A DNA stretch of 64,000 nt from Marsupella aquatica (taxonomy: Eukaryota > Plantae > Marchantiophyta): assembly GCA_973895155.1 (NCBI GenBank), contig OZ316891.1, positions 28,649,145 to 28,713,144 of the forward strand, written 5' to 3'. Shown here in pieces: positions 1 through 12,900 of this stretch. The position numbers and the translations under genes are program-made. The notes under the pieces are model-generated. The model made no database searches. It worked only from the letters and a program-made list of their open reading frames with translations, and was not told the DNA's origin. Within the stretch, counting starts at the first letter, position 1. Each line of letters opens with the position of its first letter.

Positions 1-44
1 ACTCTGCATAAATTCCAGAGTTATGATCTGACATTGTCTGTGAA

Positions 45-1993
45 ATGCAGATTTATGACAATGATATTGATGATTCTGATGGCAACAAACAATACTGGCT
101 GGAGGAACTTCGTGGCAACGTACTCAGAGTCTTTGATGTATCAAAGCCAAAATGGACTGATCATCCACAAGTTCATACAACCACAGTGTGGAATAACATG
201 GCAGCTGAGTGGGAGTATGTGGGTGGGGAATTTATTAACACCAAATTCCAGAGTCATTGTCGTGGCATATTGAAGAGAGAGCGCCATAAAATGCATGTTT
301 ATTGGAAGAAAGTTTGCAATGAGGATCCAACCAAACCTGGGCCATCTGGTGTTGATCCAAAGAAATGGGCAGCTTTGGTATCTCATTTTACCAGTCCAGC
401 ATTGATATCTTTGAGTAAACAGATGACTGATAAAAGAGCACGAGTGCAAGATACCTCTCACTTTGGAAGGGGAGGGCATGCTGCAGCAGCAAAGAGAATG
501 GTAAATTGTCTATCATTTTCACTATCAATTATGTCTTGTTTGTGAATCTTGATGAAAACAAACTCTATGATTTCTCATTCATTGTGTGTTTGAACAGAAG
601 CAGAAGAGAGGATCAAGCCCAGGTATATCTGACCTGAAAGAAAACCATGGTAGTCAGGGTTCATTGCCAAAGGTGACAATGAGCCCATCATTGGCAAGTG
701 CAGAAGGTCAGACTGGTAGTTTTGTGGGAGCAAAGGTGAGCCCATCATTGGCAAGTGGGGAGGGTAAAAGTGCTAGCTTACTGGGGCAAGGAAATAGACA
801 TGGATCAGCTGTGAGTATTGTCATACCAATTTGATTTGTACATCATTCTCCATTTGACAGAGCCAATGTTGTGTCGTTTGTAAGTTTGACAGTGAGACTG
901 TTGTGTTGGTTTGTGGTTCATTTACAGACCCCACATTCAAAAGAAGAGATCACTGCCATTGGGGCTGTGATATTGGATGTCGCTGAGTTGAAAGGCACTG
1001 TGAGGGAGTTGACAAACATGATGACTACATGGATGGCACATCACCCCAGTAATGCACAAGTTCCAACAGTTGTGCCTAGTCACAGTAAGTTGACTACAAC
1101 TACCAAACAAGGTAGTAGAAAGCGATCTCTTACTTTTTCAGGCGATAATGAAGGTAAAATTCTCTATCATGTATACACTGTCCATTCAATGTAATTATTG
1201 TGATGTGTATATGTCATTGCATGTTTATAATGTTCTTGCATGTTTTTAGTGTGATTATATGTTGCTGGTGTATACATGTTTGTTTATGCATTTCTTTTGT
1301 GTGTGTTTTATGACAGCATCTTTAGGGGAGCCTCCTGTGTCGCAGGGAAGACCAACTGACACAGCTAACAGTACTCTAAAGCAAACTGAATTGGAAGTGA
1401 ACCTTTTGCCATCTAAGTTGCCCAAAGAAGCCATTTCAGATGCCTTTCAGTTGCCAGAGGATAAGTCGACTCAGTTGACACCAGATGTAACCCCAGAATC
1501 ATCTGAGTTGCCAAAAGAAACTCCCATTCCAAGTGAACAGGATGACACTCCATCAACTAGAAAGGGAAAGAAGAAAAGGAAGAAAGGATCCTCAGCAAAT
1601 GCATCACCTGCACAGAAGAAACCAATGCAGTCTCCTAACCCCGTTGCAAAGGTAAATGTGTGTTTGATTTGAGTGTTCTTCTATCTTTCAATTTCTGTTT
1701 ATTGCATTTTTAACAAAATGTGTTGTTCACAGTTTGCAAGAGGAGATTTGGTGAAGATGAAGAGCGTTGTGGACAATTCCATGATAGTGGCAGAAGGTGA
1801 GGTGACAGGGCTGCCAGGAGAAGATAAGTTTCATTGTGCAGATTTTGAAAGCCCTTTCTTGCGAGTGCGTGTGATTGAAGTGTTTGTAGATGTGGCATTG
1901 CCATTTGCCAATTCAGGGGAGAACCAGTCTAAATTATCTGATGTGAAAGGGATGAATGCCCTATGGAACTCTAGATTGCTTAAGAAGCAATAG
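45..1993 (+). CDS. Spliced CACTA TnpA/ORF2-like protein, 3' exons (5' end may lie outside the window)
   Basis: ORFs 45-545, 586-834, 871-1194, 1259-1672 and 1673-1993 are separated by GT..AG, T-rich segments (e.g. ATG|GTAAAT at 501). 'KWAALVSHFTS..KRARVQDTSHFGRGG' is Ptta/En/Spm-like and 'VAEGEV..KFH..VRV..LPF..LW' is TNP1-like. Homologous to 35455-38119. Confidence 0.75.
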
Positions 1994-2339
1994 AAATAGC
2001 ACTCTATCAAGAAACAATAGACATGATAGAATGACAACTCTGTTTTTCTATAAACATGCAGAGTGATTGGTATGTCAGGTTGTAACAATTGACAATCTAA
2101 TATTATTGATGTCAATGTAATTTTGTTTCATAAATTTGCATTGAGTTCAATATTTACCGTGAGACTTATGAAGGTATCTTGTATGAATATCAATTGGATT
2201 TGTGATATATATCGAATGTTTCTTTAAGTTTTCATTTAGCAACTCTATTGAATGGTTTTGTAATGTATGATTTTTGATTGACATCAAGTTTTATCTATCA
2301 TGATCACTTAAATTTGAATTTCTCCAAATCATTGAATAC

Positions 2340-3060
2340 TTCGTCTGAATGACTGGCTTGAATGATTAAATGACTGGCTAGAATGACTGATGTAATGGTC
2401 ATTATTCACAACTATCTTTGTGACCAATATGACTCAACTCTGGTCATTAAAGACATAGACTAAATGATTCAAAGAATGACATATACAATGACCTTTCTCA
2501 TGGTCATTATAAACAAGTCCACTATGACTCACTTTATGTCATTCAAGACATGTCATTAATGACTAATGTGTATCTTTACGTGTCTTCTCCCAATTGAACC
2601 ACGTGTCTCAATATGACTTGTTTATACTGTAGTCATTTTGGACACGTCCAAAATGACCCAAATATATTGCCAAATGGTGAATCCTCTTTGAACCATGTGT
2701 CACTATTTGATTTGTTATATAATGTACGTCATTTTGGACAAGTCCAAAATGACCAATGTTATTTGTTTTTTTATTGCCACGTGTCGTTGTGTGATTGGGT
2801 ACGGGGACCATCGACGGTCAACGGCAATTGACCGTCGATGGTGATTTGTGTCGTCATTTTGGACCGTTCAACATTTATGACCATATCATAAAAACGGTCA
2901 TTTAGGATAGTATGAAATGACCACATGTTTTTAGCGTCATTTGTCCAAAAGGACCGTGACCAAAATGTCCGTTGTGACGTGTCTGGAAAGACGAGAACAA
3001 TTGCGTCATTGTTTTGTTAAAAAGACCTGATTAATAGTCATTGTTTCGGTCATAAAATAC
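2340..3060. repeat. CACTA subterminal repeats and palindromes
   Basis: GTCATTTTGGAC-NN-GTCCAAAATGAC at 2632-2657 and 2728-2753; a 15-bp-arm palindrome at 2807-2842; many ATGAC/GTCAT motifs. Confidence 0.8.
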
Positions 3061-3077
3061 ATTGTTTTCTACTAGTG

Positions 3078-3727
3078 ATACCTGGGCAGCGGGGAGCTCA
3101 GGGCCTCTTCTTTAGCAAGTTTTTAGTTTGCTCCAGCCGGGCTGGGATCAAGTAGTAAGAGAAGCTCTCGGTTAGTCATACCGTGACCTTGTGTATATTC
3201 ATGTTTCCTCATGCCTAAGAGCTGAATAGAGTTGGCCTCACAGCTTAGTTCGCAGAGCTTGTGTATGAGATGTACTGTTTGTATGGCAAGTGCATGGTAT
3301 GACTCAGTCAGAAGGAGTCATTTTGCTATTTGTGTGTCGCATTAACTTGTGTGAAGAGTGCCCACATCAACTAATAGAGGAAGGAAAGTAAGCAGGGGAG
3401 TGAGAGTTGGATGGGTCGAGCTGAGAGAGGTCTTAGCGGCTTAACCAAGCCTATTGGGGATCATTCTGGCGGCGGAATCCAAACATACCTAACAAGACGG
3501 AGGGGAAGACAAGGGAAGGCCTAGATTAGGCCGGCTACGTATCTCATGACCCGATGAAGGATCTGTCCAGTATATGTGTGTAAAATGTTAATAGTAGTAG
3601 TAGAAGGAGGTTAGCAGCGCCCCATGCCGCTAAGCCACAGAAACGGCCTCGCCAAGCGCGAAACCTGCGGGAATCGGCTTGCGCTGGGGGGGTTTCTTGG
3701 GTTTAGGGAGCCATGGGACGCACCACA
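3078..3727 (+). mobile_element. Family-1 LTR copy 1e (3' terminal ~650 bp), inserted inverted into the 3' LTR of element A
   Basis: Reverse complement of ~18916-19563; ends GGGACGCACCACA at 3727; interrupted on the left by CACTA 1. Confidence 0.9.
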
Positions 3728-4187
3728 TTCATCCTCGTAAGTCCCAATGTACTCAGTTTCCCGTTCGAACAGGCATCCCAAAAAATGTGCCGCTTGATTG
3801 ACGTTGCTCATACCCTTCTCGAGTTGATAGTCGGTATCTGTTCCCACCCTAAGCGCTTGCCTAAGCAGTTGACAGTAGTTGGCCGCCCGTAGTCGCCTGC
3901 CCAGTTCGTGCTTGCAAATGAGCCACTATTCCTTGCGAGCGGTCCTTACCCCTCTCCTCCTCTGGTTCTCCCTCCCGTTGGTTACCCCTAGCCGCCGGCA
4001 CTTAGCGTGCCCTAACCCTAATTGTGTTCTCTCCCCTGGCGTCCTTACTTCCGGCCTCGGCTCAGGTTCCATAGTCACCCTTAATTGTTTATATTTTCCT
4101 TATTTATGTAACTATACTAAGGTGTTTCTAGGGTACACTTCCCTTTTCCCCTTAAACTAGCCCAGTGATTCCTGGCTAGGCATCACA
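3728..4187 (-). repeat. 3' LTR of element A, first 460 bp (copy 1b)
   Basis: Begins TGTGATGCC on the - strand directly after the PPT; colinear with 23187-23646. Confidence 0.93.
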
Positions 4188-4443
4188 TAGTTCCCCACTT
4201 AATTGTGAAGCGTCCTCGTGAACAACTTCATCTTCGTTCATATAGTATTTCTTGAGGCGGTCGTAGTGAATACGAACTGGGTACACCTCTCCGGTAATGT
4301 TGGCCAATTGCACAGAGCCATTGGGGAACTTCTTTGATACCCTGAAAGGTCCTAACCAGCGAGTGTAAAGCTTCCCTGGAAACCTACTATACCTACTGTC
4401 ATAAAGTAATACAAGATCTCCTGTGTGAATACTAACTACATTC
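4176..4443 (-). pseudogene. Integrase C-terminus of element A
   Basis: Translates GDLVLLYDSRYSRFPGKLYTRWLGPF...IHYDRLKKYY...LSGELCDA*. Continues the ORF at 9971-10345 across the copia insertion. Confidence 0.88.
4191..4200 (-). promoter_or_regulatory. Polypurine tract of element A
   Basis: AAGTGGGGAA, then CTA, then the TG of the 3' LTR. Confidence 0.75.
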
Positions 4444-4583
4444 TGTCATAAACCATAGTTTACTTTAACCCTAGACTAGAGTAGGTTAACCTTAACCCAA
4501 TATGTTAACCTCTTAGGACTATATAAGTCCTTGATATAATGGAAGTGTGTGGAAGATTACAATCATCTACTTTGTTTACAACA
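4444..4583 (+). repeat. Short (140 bp) 5' LTR of the copia element
   Basis: TGTCATAAAC...GTTTACAACA imperfect inverted ends, internal TATATAA, followed by the PBS. Confidence 0.8.
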
Positions 4584-4596
4584 CGTTATTAGCACG
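4584..4596 (+). promoter_or_regulatory. Primer-binding site, half initiator-tRNA-Met type (Bianca/Hemivirus-like)
   Basis: CGTTATTAGCACG immediately follows the LTR; one mismatch from the CGTTATCAGCACG motif of Bianca elements. Confidence 0.75.
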
Positions 4597-5097
4597 ACTG
4601 GCTCAATGATTTTTTTTGCCTAGGCTGCCCCAACAGACATATTGAGAGATCGTAGTTTTTACATAGAAAATTACCAAGAATGTTGCGTTTTTGGCACCGG
4701 AATCCTATGTAACCGCCTAACTACCCCAAAATTGAGTACAATCCCACCTAAAAAGTGATGCTAGTTTACGCAAAAATTGAGCCCGGACATCAGATTGCTA
4801 TGAGGAAGGCATCCATTAGCGATCTCAATCTTCATTGCCGTAAGGACGGATTTGTCTAATGTTTTTGTTCCATCCAACTTATTTCATCAAGGAATCCAAT
4901 GCAGGATTTGGGAATGGCCGTTATGCCAAATTAGAAACAACAATGCTACGGTGAAATCCCGAAATTGGACTTATAGGTGCTTTGAACCAGCACCTATAAC
5001 TCCCCGAAGCATATATTTACCAATTGGATAGACCCAAGTATTATATATATACACCACCACACCGAGCATTACAATCCCGAGTACAAGCGCAATAAAT

Positions 5098-8000
5098 ATG
5101 GCAACATTGGAGAAATTGCATTTTCAGGCCCTTTCAGTAGACGGCAGCAACTACCTAACGTGGTCAGTAGATGCAGAAACATATTTTGCATCACTGGAAC
5201 TCGAAGATACTTTGATAACTGATAATAATCTGACACTACAACAGAAGGCTAAGGCCATTTTCTTATTACGCCAGCATTTGGCCCCTCCACTCAAAACCCA
5301 ATATATGAACGAGGTCAACCCACGCCTACTATGGGATAAATTAAAATCAAGATTCGACCATATGCGCGAAGTCTGGCTCCCAGAAGCCCGCCGTGATTGG
5401 TATAACCTGCGAGTGATGGACTACACATCAATAGCCAACTACAACAGCGCATTATTTAGAATCACATCCCAATTGGAGTTATGTGGCCATCCGGTCCCTG
5501 ATGCAGATATGATCGACAAAACACTAAGCACATTCCCAGAAGCAAATATAGCCCTCGGTACACAGTACAGAAATATGAGATTTACAGTCTACTCAGACCT
5601 CATTGCACATTTACTGGTAGAAGAGAAGCAGCAGACCGTTGCCCTGCAGAACGCTAGAAAACAACCTGCAGGATCAGCCCCACCACCACAAAAACCAGAT
5701 ACAAATTATAATATGAGAAACCAAAGGGGACGAGGCAGATCAAGAGGCAGAGGCGGATATCAAGACAGAAGCAGGAATCAAAATCCCAGAGGCCGAGGAA
5801 ATCGTTTTTCATACAACTCACGGGGTCGAGGAGCAAGCGGCCGAGACAGCAGACGAAACACCCCACCTGATAACATCAGAGAAGATAGGCTGTGTTACCG
5901 ATGTGGTAAAATAGGACACATAAAGAAGAACTGTTGGGCATCAGACCAAGCAGCTAAACGACATACAGAAGCAAGGGCCCAATTAAAGCAAAATCCAGAA
6001 GGCAACTATATGGAGATGGAGGAAGACTTAGCTAACTATCAGGACCCGGAAGAAACACCTACACAACAACCTGAAGAACAGGAGACCCATATGGTAACAC
6101 CAGCATCAATACACACCTCATTAGATGACCCCAACCTTGGGATAATTGACAGCGGAACATCACATACAATTCTTAAAGACAAGAAGTACTTCCACAGTAT
6201 CACCCCATCTACACGATCAATGACCACAATTTCGGGTATAAACCAGATAGAAGAAGGTAAGGGAGCCGCAACAGTGACATTCCCACAAGGAACAGTTATT
6301 GATATTGATGCAGCAATCTTTGCCCCACGAGCTACTCGAAATTTGATAAGCTTTCGGGACGTAGTCGCTAATAAATACCAACTGTGAACGGCAAAGACAG
6401 ATGAAGAGGACACACTACAAATTTTGGAGATTACCAATGATGGAACCAATATTAAAGAGACATTACCACTCATACCCCCCGGTCTCTATGCGACTCAAAT
6501 TACTATAAATTATTCTACAACTGAATCATCAGAAATAACACACCTATGGCACTACCGACTGGGACACCCAGGAGTAAATATGTACCGGAGAATTATCAAG
6601 GACTCCAGAGGAATCCCAAAAGGAGTCAACCCATCCACAATGAAACAACAATGCTTAGCCTGTTCTCAGGGGAAGCTGATTCCAAGACCACCAATACCGA
6701 AGACGATCCATGCTATCCCGAATTTTTTGGAACACCTGAACGCAGATGTATGTGGGCCAATACACCCACCCAGTGGACCATTTAAGTACTTCCTGGCCAT
6801 AATTGACTCATCGACTAAATGGTTACAAGTATCCCTCCTTTCTAGTCGAAACTTAGTCTTTGCACGAATCTTAGCCAATATATTAAAACTTAAAGCACAG
6901 TTCCCAGAAAATCCAATCCGGAAACTGAGAGTGGATGGAGCAGGGGAATTTACCTCCAAAGCATTCGATGATTTCTGCTGGACGGCGGGAATTGACACAG
7001 AATACTTAGTTCCCTACGTCCATTTTCAAAACGGAATTGCCGAATCCGTTATAAAGCGTATCCAAATGATTACTCGACCACTCCTACTGAACTCAAAGTT
7101 ACCCCTCTCCGCATGGGGACATGCAGTCCTCCACGCCACCACATTGCTGAAGTACAGGCCCTCGGCATTTAATACCAAAACTCCACACCACTTAGCGTTC
7201 GGATTACCCCCTGACCTGTCACATCTGCGCGTCTTTGGATGCAAAGTGATGGTCCCCATCCTTGGGCCAAAGCGCACTAAAATAGGACCTCAAAGACAGG
7301 AAGGCATCTACGTTGGCTACGACTCCTCATCCATAATCCGTTACCTGGAACCGACCACTGCAGACCTATTTAAAGCCAGATACGCAGACTGTCACTTCTA
7401 TGAAGATTCATTCCCCCAGTTACTTACAGAAAAACCATTGACGAGGGATACACTTCCACAAAGCATAAATTGGAACAGTCAAAACTTACTCAACCAGGAC
7501 CTGCGAACGAAGCGAGCGGATGAGGAAGTTCGCAGACTACTACACCTCCAAGAAATGTTGGACAAGATCCCCGACGCCTTTAATGATGCAGCCAACGTTA
7601 CAAGATCCCATGTAGAGGCAGCAAACGTACCAGCTCGAGTACAACCTGCCACAAAATCAGCAATGGAGACCACGGCAAAGAAAAAAAGAGGTAGGCCACC
7701 AGAACCTAGAGACTCCCGACCACGCCAGAGACTCCCTCATCAGGTACTACCTGAAACCACGATGCATGCTATTACTAATGAACCAGATAGATCTAACGTA
7801 CCAGATAATGAAGAAATGGCCATCCCATACCAATACACCGGACAAATCTATAAAAGACCCAATACTGTCGTTGATGCACAATTCGCCTATCACATAGCTC
7901 AGCAAATATCAACTGACACTCCGGACCCCCTAACCATTAAAGAAGCACAAGCGAGGTCGGATTGGCCATAATGGCAAGAGGCCATTAACACTGAAATGGA

Positions 8001-9708
8001 TGCATTGATCCGTAGGCATGTCTTTGGCCCGTTAAAACAAGTCCAACCTAACAATGATTACATAGACACCAGATTCACATTTGTCAGAAAGAGAAATGCC
8101 AAAGGAGATGTCATTAGATACCGCGCACGCTTAGTAGCGAAAGGCTACACTCAAATCCCGGGAAGGGATTATGATTTGACCTATTCACCTGTTATGGATG
8201 TGACTACATTCAGGTATCTTATAGCTTTCTCTCAAAAACACCAACTCTGTAATATACTAATGGACGTTGTAACAGCGTACCTATATGGAGTACTAGACTC
8301 CGAAATCTTCATGAAAGCCCCAAAAGAACTACTCGCAAGAGTGACAGAACATGTCCAAGGGAAACATTTCCAGAACTTGAGTAAGGACATGAAGTCGAGA
8401 ATACGACAGATTGTACCAGATGAGAAGCTCAAAGGCCTAGTGTTGAGCAGTGGCAACACAAATAAAGATCCACTCCAGCACCCCAGAAAAAGTGGGACTG
8501 GACAGCAGGCGTTTGCTGTGCAAGTCCTGAAATCCATCAATGGGTTAAAACAAAGTGGACGCATCTGGTACCAGAAGTTTAAAACTGAGATGCAAACCCT
8601 TGGATTTATCAACAACGATATCGCACCGTGCATATTCATCAAACACATCGATACAGAATTCGTCATCCTCGCCCTATACGTCGATGATGTCAACTTATTT
8701 GGTACTCCACAACTCTTACGCAAAACTATTAATACAATGAAGAGTATTTTCGAGATGAAAGAAATTGGAGAGCCGACATACTGCTTAGGACTACAATTTG
8801 AATACCTGCAAACTGGCACATTTATTAGTCAATCAACCTACACCAAGAAGATCATTCGACAATTTCATATGCACAATGCATATCCTGTGTCCACACCCAT
8901 GGAGATGCGGTCATTGGACACAGCTAAGGACATGTTCAGGCGACGATAGGAGAATGAACCAGCCCTTGACTCGGATAAGCCATACCTATCAGCCATTGGC
9001 GCCCTTCTATACCTGGCAAACAATACAAGACCGGATATCTCCTTCGCAGTAAGCTTACTGGCACCACACAGTGCACATCCAACTATTCGGCATTGGAACG
9101 GCGTGAAAAGGGTATTCCGCTACCTTCAAGGCTCAATAGATATGGGCCTTTTCTTCCCAAACGACAACCCAGATGAACTCATCGGTTATGCAGATGCGGG
9201 GTACCTCTCTGACCCACAGGACTCGAAGTCACAGACTGGCTACGTTTTCCTGCAAGGGAGAATTGCCATATCCTGGAGGAGTACAAAATAGAGCATGACC
9301 ACAACCTCCTCGAATCACGCAGAAGTCATCTCTCTCTATGAAGCATGTCGTGAGGCGATATGGCTCCGTAGTATTATCAACTATATCCTGAAACAAACAG
9401 GCAAAACGATATTGACCAAACCAACAATTATTTACGAAGACAATAAAGCATGCGTCGACCAAATTGTTGCAGGCTACATGAAGACAGATCGGACCAAACA
9501 TATTGATCCAAAATTCTTTTTTACGCACGAACAGAGTGGAAACCAGATCCAGGTGAAGTGGATCCGTTCACAAGACAATTGCGCCGATCTTTTTACGAAG
9601 CCCTTACCTGCGGGACCCCATCGACAGCACGTTACCGCCATCGGAATGTGTCGACTCTCTACCCTGCTTTCCCCCACTGCCGACGCACCCCGCCAAGCAG
9701 ATGCTTGA
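5098..9708 (+). pseudogene. gag-pol: Copia gag-pol polyprotein, single frame with 4 in-frame stops
   Basis: CCHC knuckle CYRCGKIGHIKKNC, protease IIDSGTSH, LWHYRLGHP, integrase core, RT (GLKQSGR, LYVDD), RNase H (GYADAGY, ADLFTK). ORFs starting at 5098, 6424, 7996, 9103 and 9295 share one frame. Confidence 0.95.
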
Positions 9709-9990
9709 AAAACGAAACAAGGACTTCGGAATTTGGGTTTCGACCTTTCCCCCCAACACCTCCCTGTTTACCAAATACCCGACCTAAGCTATACACATAT
9801 ACCTCCGACTTTACACCATTACTTTGATTCAATTAACCGTTCGGGCATAAGACATTACTTTTAGACATAGTGAACTACTCTTACTCTAAAGTTACCCTAA
9901 ATTTTAACATACCTTAGAATTTAACAGGATAATTCATCATATAGAACATACATTTTATGGACCACAAATTCTAATGATGGTAGTACAACA

Positions 9991-12900
9991 CATTCAACTT
10001 TTTATCATACTGCTGCTTCATGATATTCTGTCTATATTCTACTCTCTCGGCTGAAATCATTCTTGCCTCCTCTAAAGCTTCTAATCTATATTCTCGCTCC
10101 TTCAGGCTTTCCTCCTCTGAGACTCTTTCCTCAATTGTAACTTGAATTGTCGGTATCTCAAGTTGCATGGGTACCAGAGCTTCTTGTCCAAAGGTTAAGA
10201 AAAAGGGTGTATGTCCGGTGGTGGATTTATAGGCTAAATTGTAAGCAAAAATAGCAGCAAACAATTTATCATCCCAATCGAGTTTGTTCTGAGCTACTGT
10301 TTTGTTTAATATCTTTCCTATAATCCCATTGGCTCGTTCTGTCAATCCATTTGCGTTTGGGTGGTAAGGAGTAGTAGGCCTATGTCTAACTAAATACTGT
10401 TCATTTAAACGACTAATTATATCATTCAGAAAATGGGTTCCTCTATCACTAACTAATTCTAGGGGTGCTCCATACCTGGTGAAGATTTGCTCATACAGAA
10501 ATCAAGCTGTAGAATTGCATCATCCTTCGTTGTCGGTCTAGCCTCTACCTACTTAGTTGCATAATCCGTGGCCAGGATTATATACTTGTTTCTCCGAGGA
10601 TGGGTTAATGGTTTCAGCGGTCCAATGTAATCAATACCCCACTTCTCAAATGGTGCCAGAGGTAGAATAGGGTGCAATGGATGTCTTGTAGAGGCCCTTG
10701 GTCCTCCTGCTCGCTGACAAGGATCACATTGTTTGATGAACTGATAGACATCCTTGTGCAAGGTGGGCCACCAGTAACCGGCATTTAATATCTTTTTAGA
10801 CGTGGTTACTGGAGCAAAATGTCCGCTGGCTTCTTCTCCATGCATAGCCCGTAAGACTCGTTTTACCTCTCCCTTTTCTAAACACCTTTGAATAGTGCCG
10901 CTGATTCCATACCTGTGTAGTACACCCTTAATGTACTGATACTGTCTGACCTTCCGCAGAAAGACTGCGGCTTGTTCTCGGGTTAGCCCTGGCTGTAATC
11001 TGGACGTGCTGAGAAAGTGCAAAATCTCCGGGTACCATGTATCAGCTATTTCCACAACGAATAGCTCCTCGTCGGGGAATCAATCGTCGATGCAATCCGT
11101 GGCAGGTTCACCTGTGATCCTTGAAAAGAAGTCGGCATTGGCGTGTAGCTTCCCCGGTTTGATCTTTAGCTCGTAGTCAAACTCCTGTAATAGCAAAATC
11201 CATCTTGCTACCCTGCCTGTAAGGTCCGGCTTATTTACTAGGTACTTCAAACTTTCATGATCGGTATGAAAGATTACCTTGTACCCTAGCAAATAATGCC
11301 TAAACTTTTTACATGAATAAATGACTCCTAATGCTTCTCTTTCTGTGGTGGAGTAGTTCCATTCGACATCGGCAAGCTGGCAGCTTGCAAAGTATATGGG
11401 ATGGTCCCTCCCTTTCTCATCCAACTGACTTAGTACTGAGCCGATACAGAAGCCTGAGACATCTACAAAGACATGAAATTCCTTGTTCCAGTCCGGTGCT
11501 ATCATGACTGGGGCCTCTACTAACATCTGCTTCAATTCTACCACCGCTGTTACTCTTTCTTGGGTGGGTTCAAAGTCTGCGCCTGCCTTGAGCATGTTGG
11601 TTAATGGTAAAGCTAGTTTGGCAAAATCTTTAATAAACCAGCGATAATACCCAATGCAACCCAAGAAGGATCTTACATCCTTTATGTTCTTAGGTTGCAT
11701 GATGTCAAGCCATACTGCTAGCTTACCTTTGTCAATCTCGATGCCCTTCTTTGATACCTTGTGACCTAGTAGCACACCTTCTGTTACCCCAAAGAAACAT
11801 TTATCTGGATGTAACTTGAGACCTACCTCTCTGCATCTCATGAAGGTCTTCCTTAGGTATTTAGCATGTTTTGATGCCTTCCCAAATACTGCAAAGTCAT
11901 CAATGAAGATTTCCATGAACTTTCTCAAGTAATCATGGAAAATGTTCACCATCAATCGTTGAAACATAGCTGGTGCGTTACAGAGTCCAAACGGCATACG
12001 ATTGAAGACATAGATCCCCCATTCCGTGATGAAGGCCATCTTGATTTGGTCCTCCTGCCTAATCCTGATTTGGTTATAACCAGAGTACCCATCCATGAAT
12101 GAATATAGTTCATGACTGGCTACCATGTCTAGTACCGTATCAGTAAAGGGTAAAGGAAAATGGTCTTTTAACGTCGCTTCATTCAGCTTCCTGTAATCCT
12201 AACAAACCCGGATCTTGGTTTTACCATCGGGTCCAGCTTTCTTGGGAACTATCACAATTGGAGACACCCAGTCTGAATGCAGGACTGGAGTGATGAATCC
12301 GGCTTCTACTAATTTGTCGATTTCTGTTTTGACCATCAGGGAATACTTAGGATTCATCCTTCGAATTGGTTGTCTGAATGATTTGGCTCCTAACATTAGA
12401 TCAATTCGATGTTCCCCTAATGTTGGATCTACTCCCTTTAGATCTTGGTGACTCCATGCGAACACATCCTGAAATTCAATCAGTAAGTCACTGATCTCTT
12501 TCTCAAGCTCAGGTGCTAGGTCTCTCCCTAAGTTCAGTTCCCTTCCTTCTCCTAAGTCGAGCTTCCGGTATTGCCGTGCTTGGATCATATTAATCTGTTT
12601 CTTCAAATTCGGGTCCAGCTTGGCTTCCAGCCTCTCTAGTCTCATACCTCCATAAACTGGAATCTTGGCTGTACTAGCCGAATCGGTTTCTCCCTTGGTG
12701 CCCACAGATTGTCCCCTTGCCGGCCTATTCGGTTTTGAATTGGTAGTCGGTTTTCCTTCCGGCCTCGGCTCTGGATTGTGTCTATGCATCTCTTCCACCT
12801 CTTCCTCCTGAGGGTCCGGTCGCTGTGCTCTGCCGACTTCTAATAGGGCCTCAATTTGTTCTACCCTCGTAATTGGCTTGTATGCCGATCCCTTGGTATT

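Larger units (their letters stand above)
1..3077 (+). mobile_element. CACTA (En/Spm) DNA transposon 1, right end; left part is outside the window
   Basis: Terminus TTTTCTACTAGTG ends at 3077 (reverse complement CACTAGTAGAAAA). ATGAC/GTCAT-rich subterminal region and a TnpA-like gene lie upstream. It abuts the middle of a family-1 LTR. Confidence 0.9.
4444..9990 (+). mobile_element. Ty1/copia retrotransposon (Bianca-like PBS) inserted in the integrase of element A
   Basis: TG..CA ends; 5-bp TSD CATTC at 4439-4443 and 9991-9995; gag-PR-INT-RT-RH order. Confidence 0.92.

Noticed and set aside
4010-4022. CCCTAACCCTAA telomeric repeat
   Set aside because: Only two units, present as a fixed part of every family-1 LTR.
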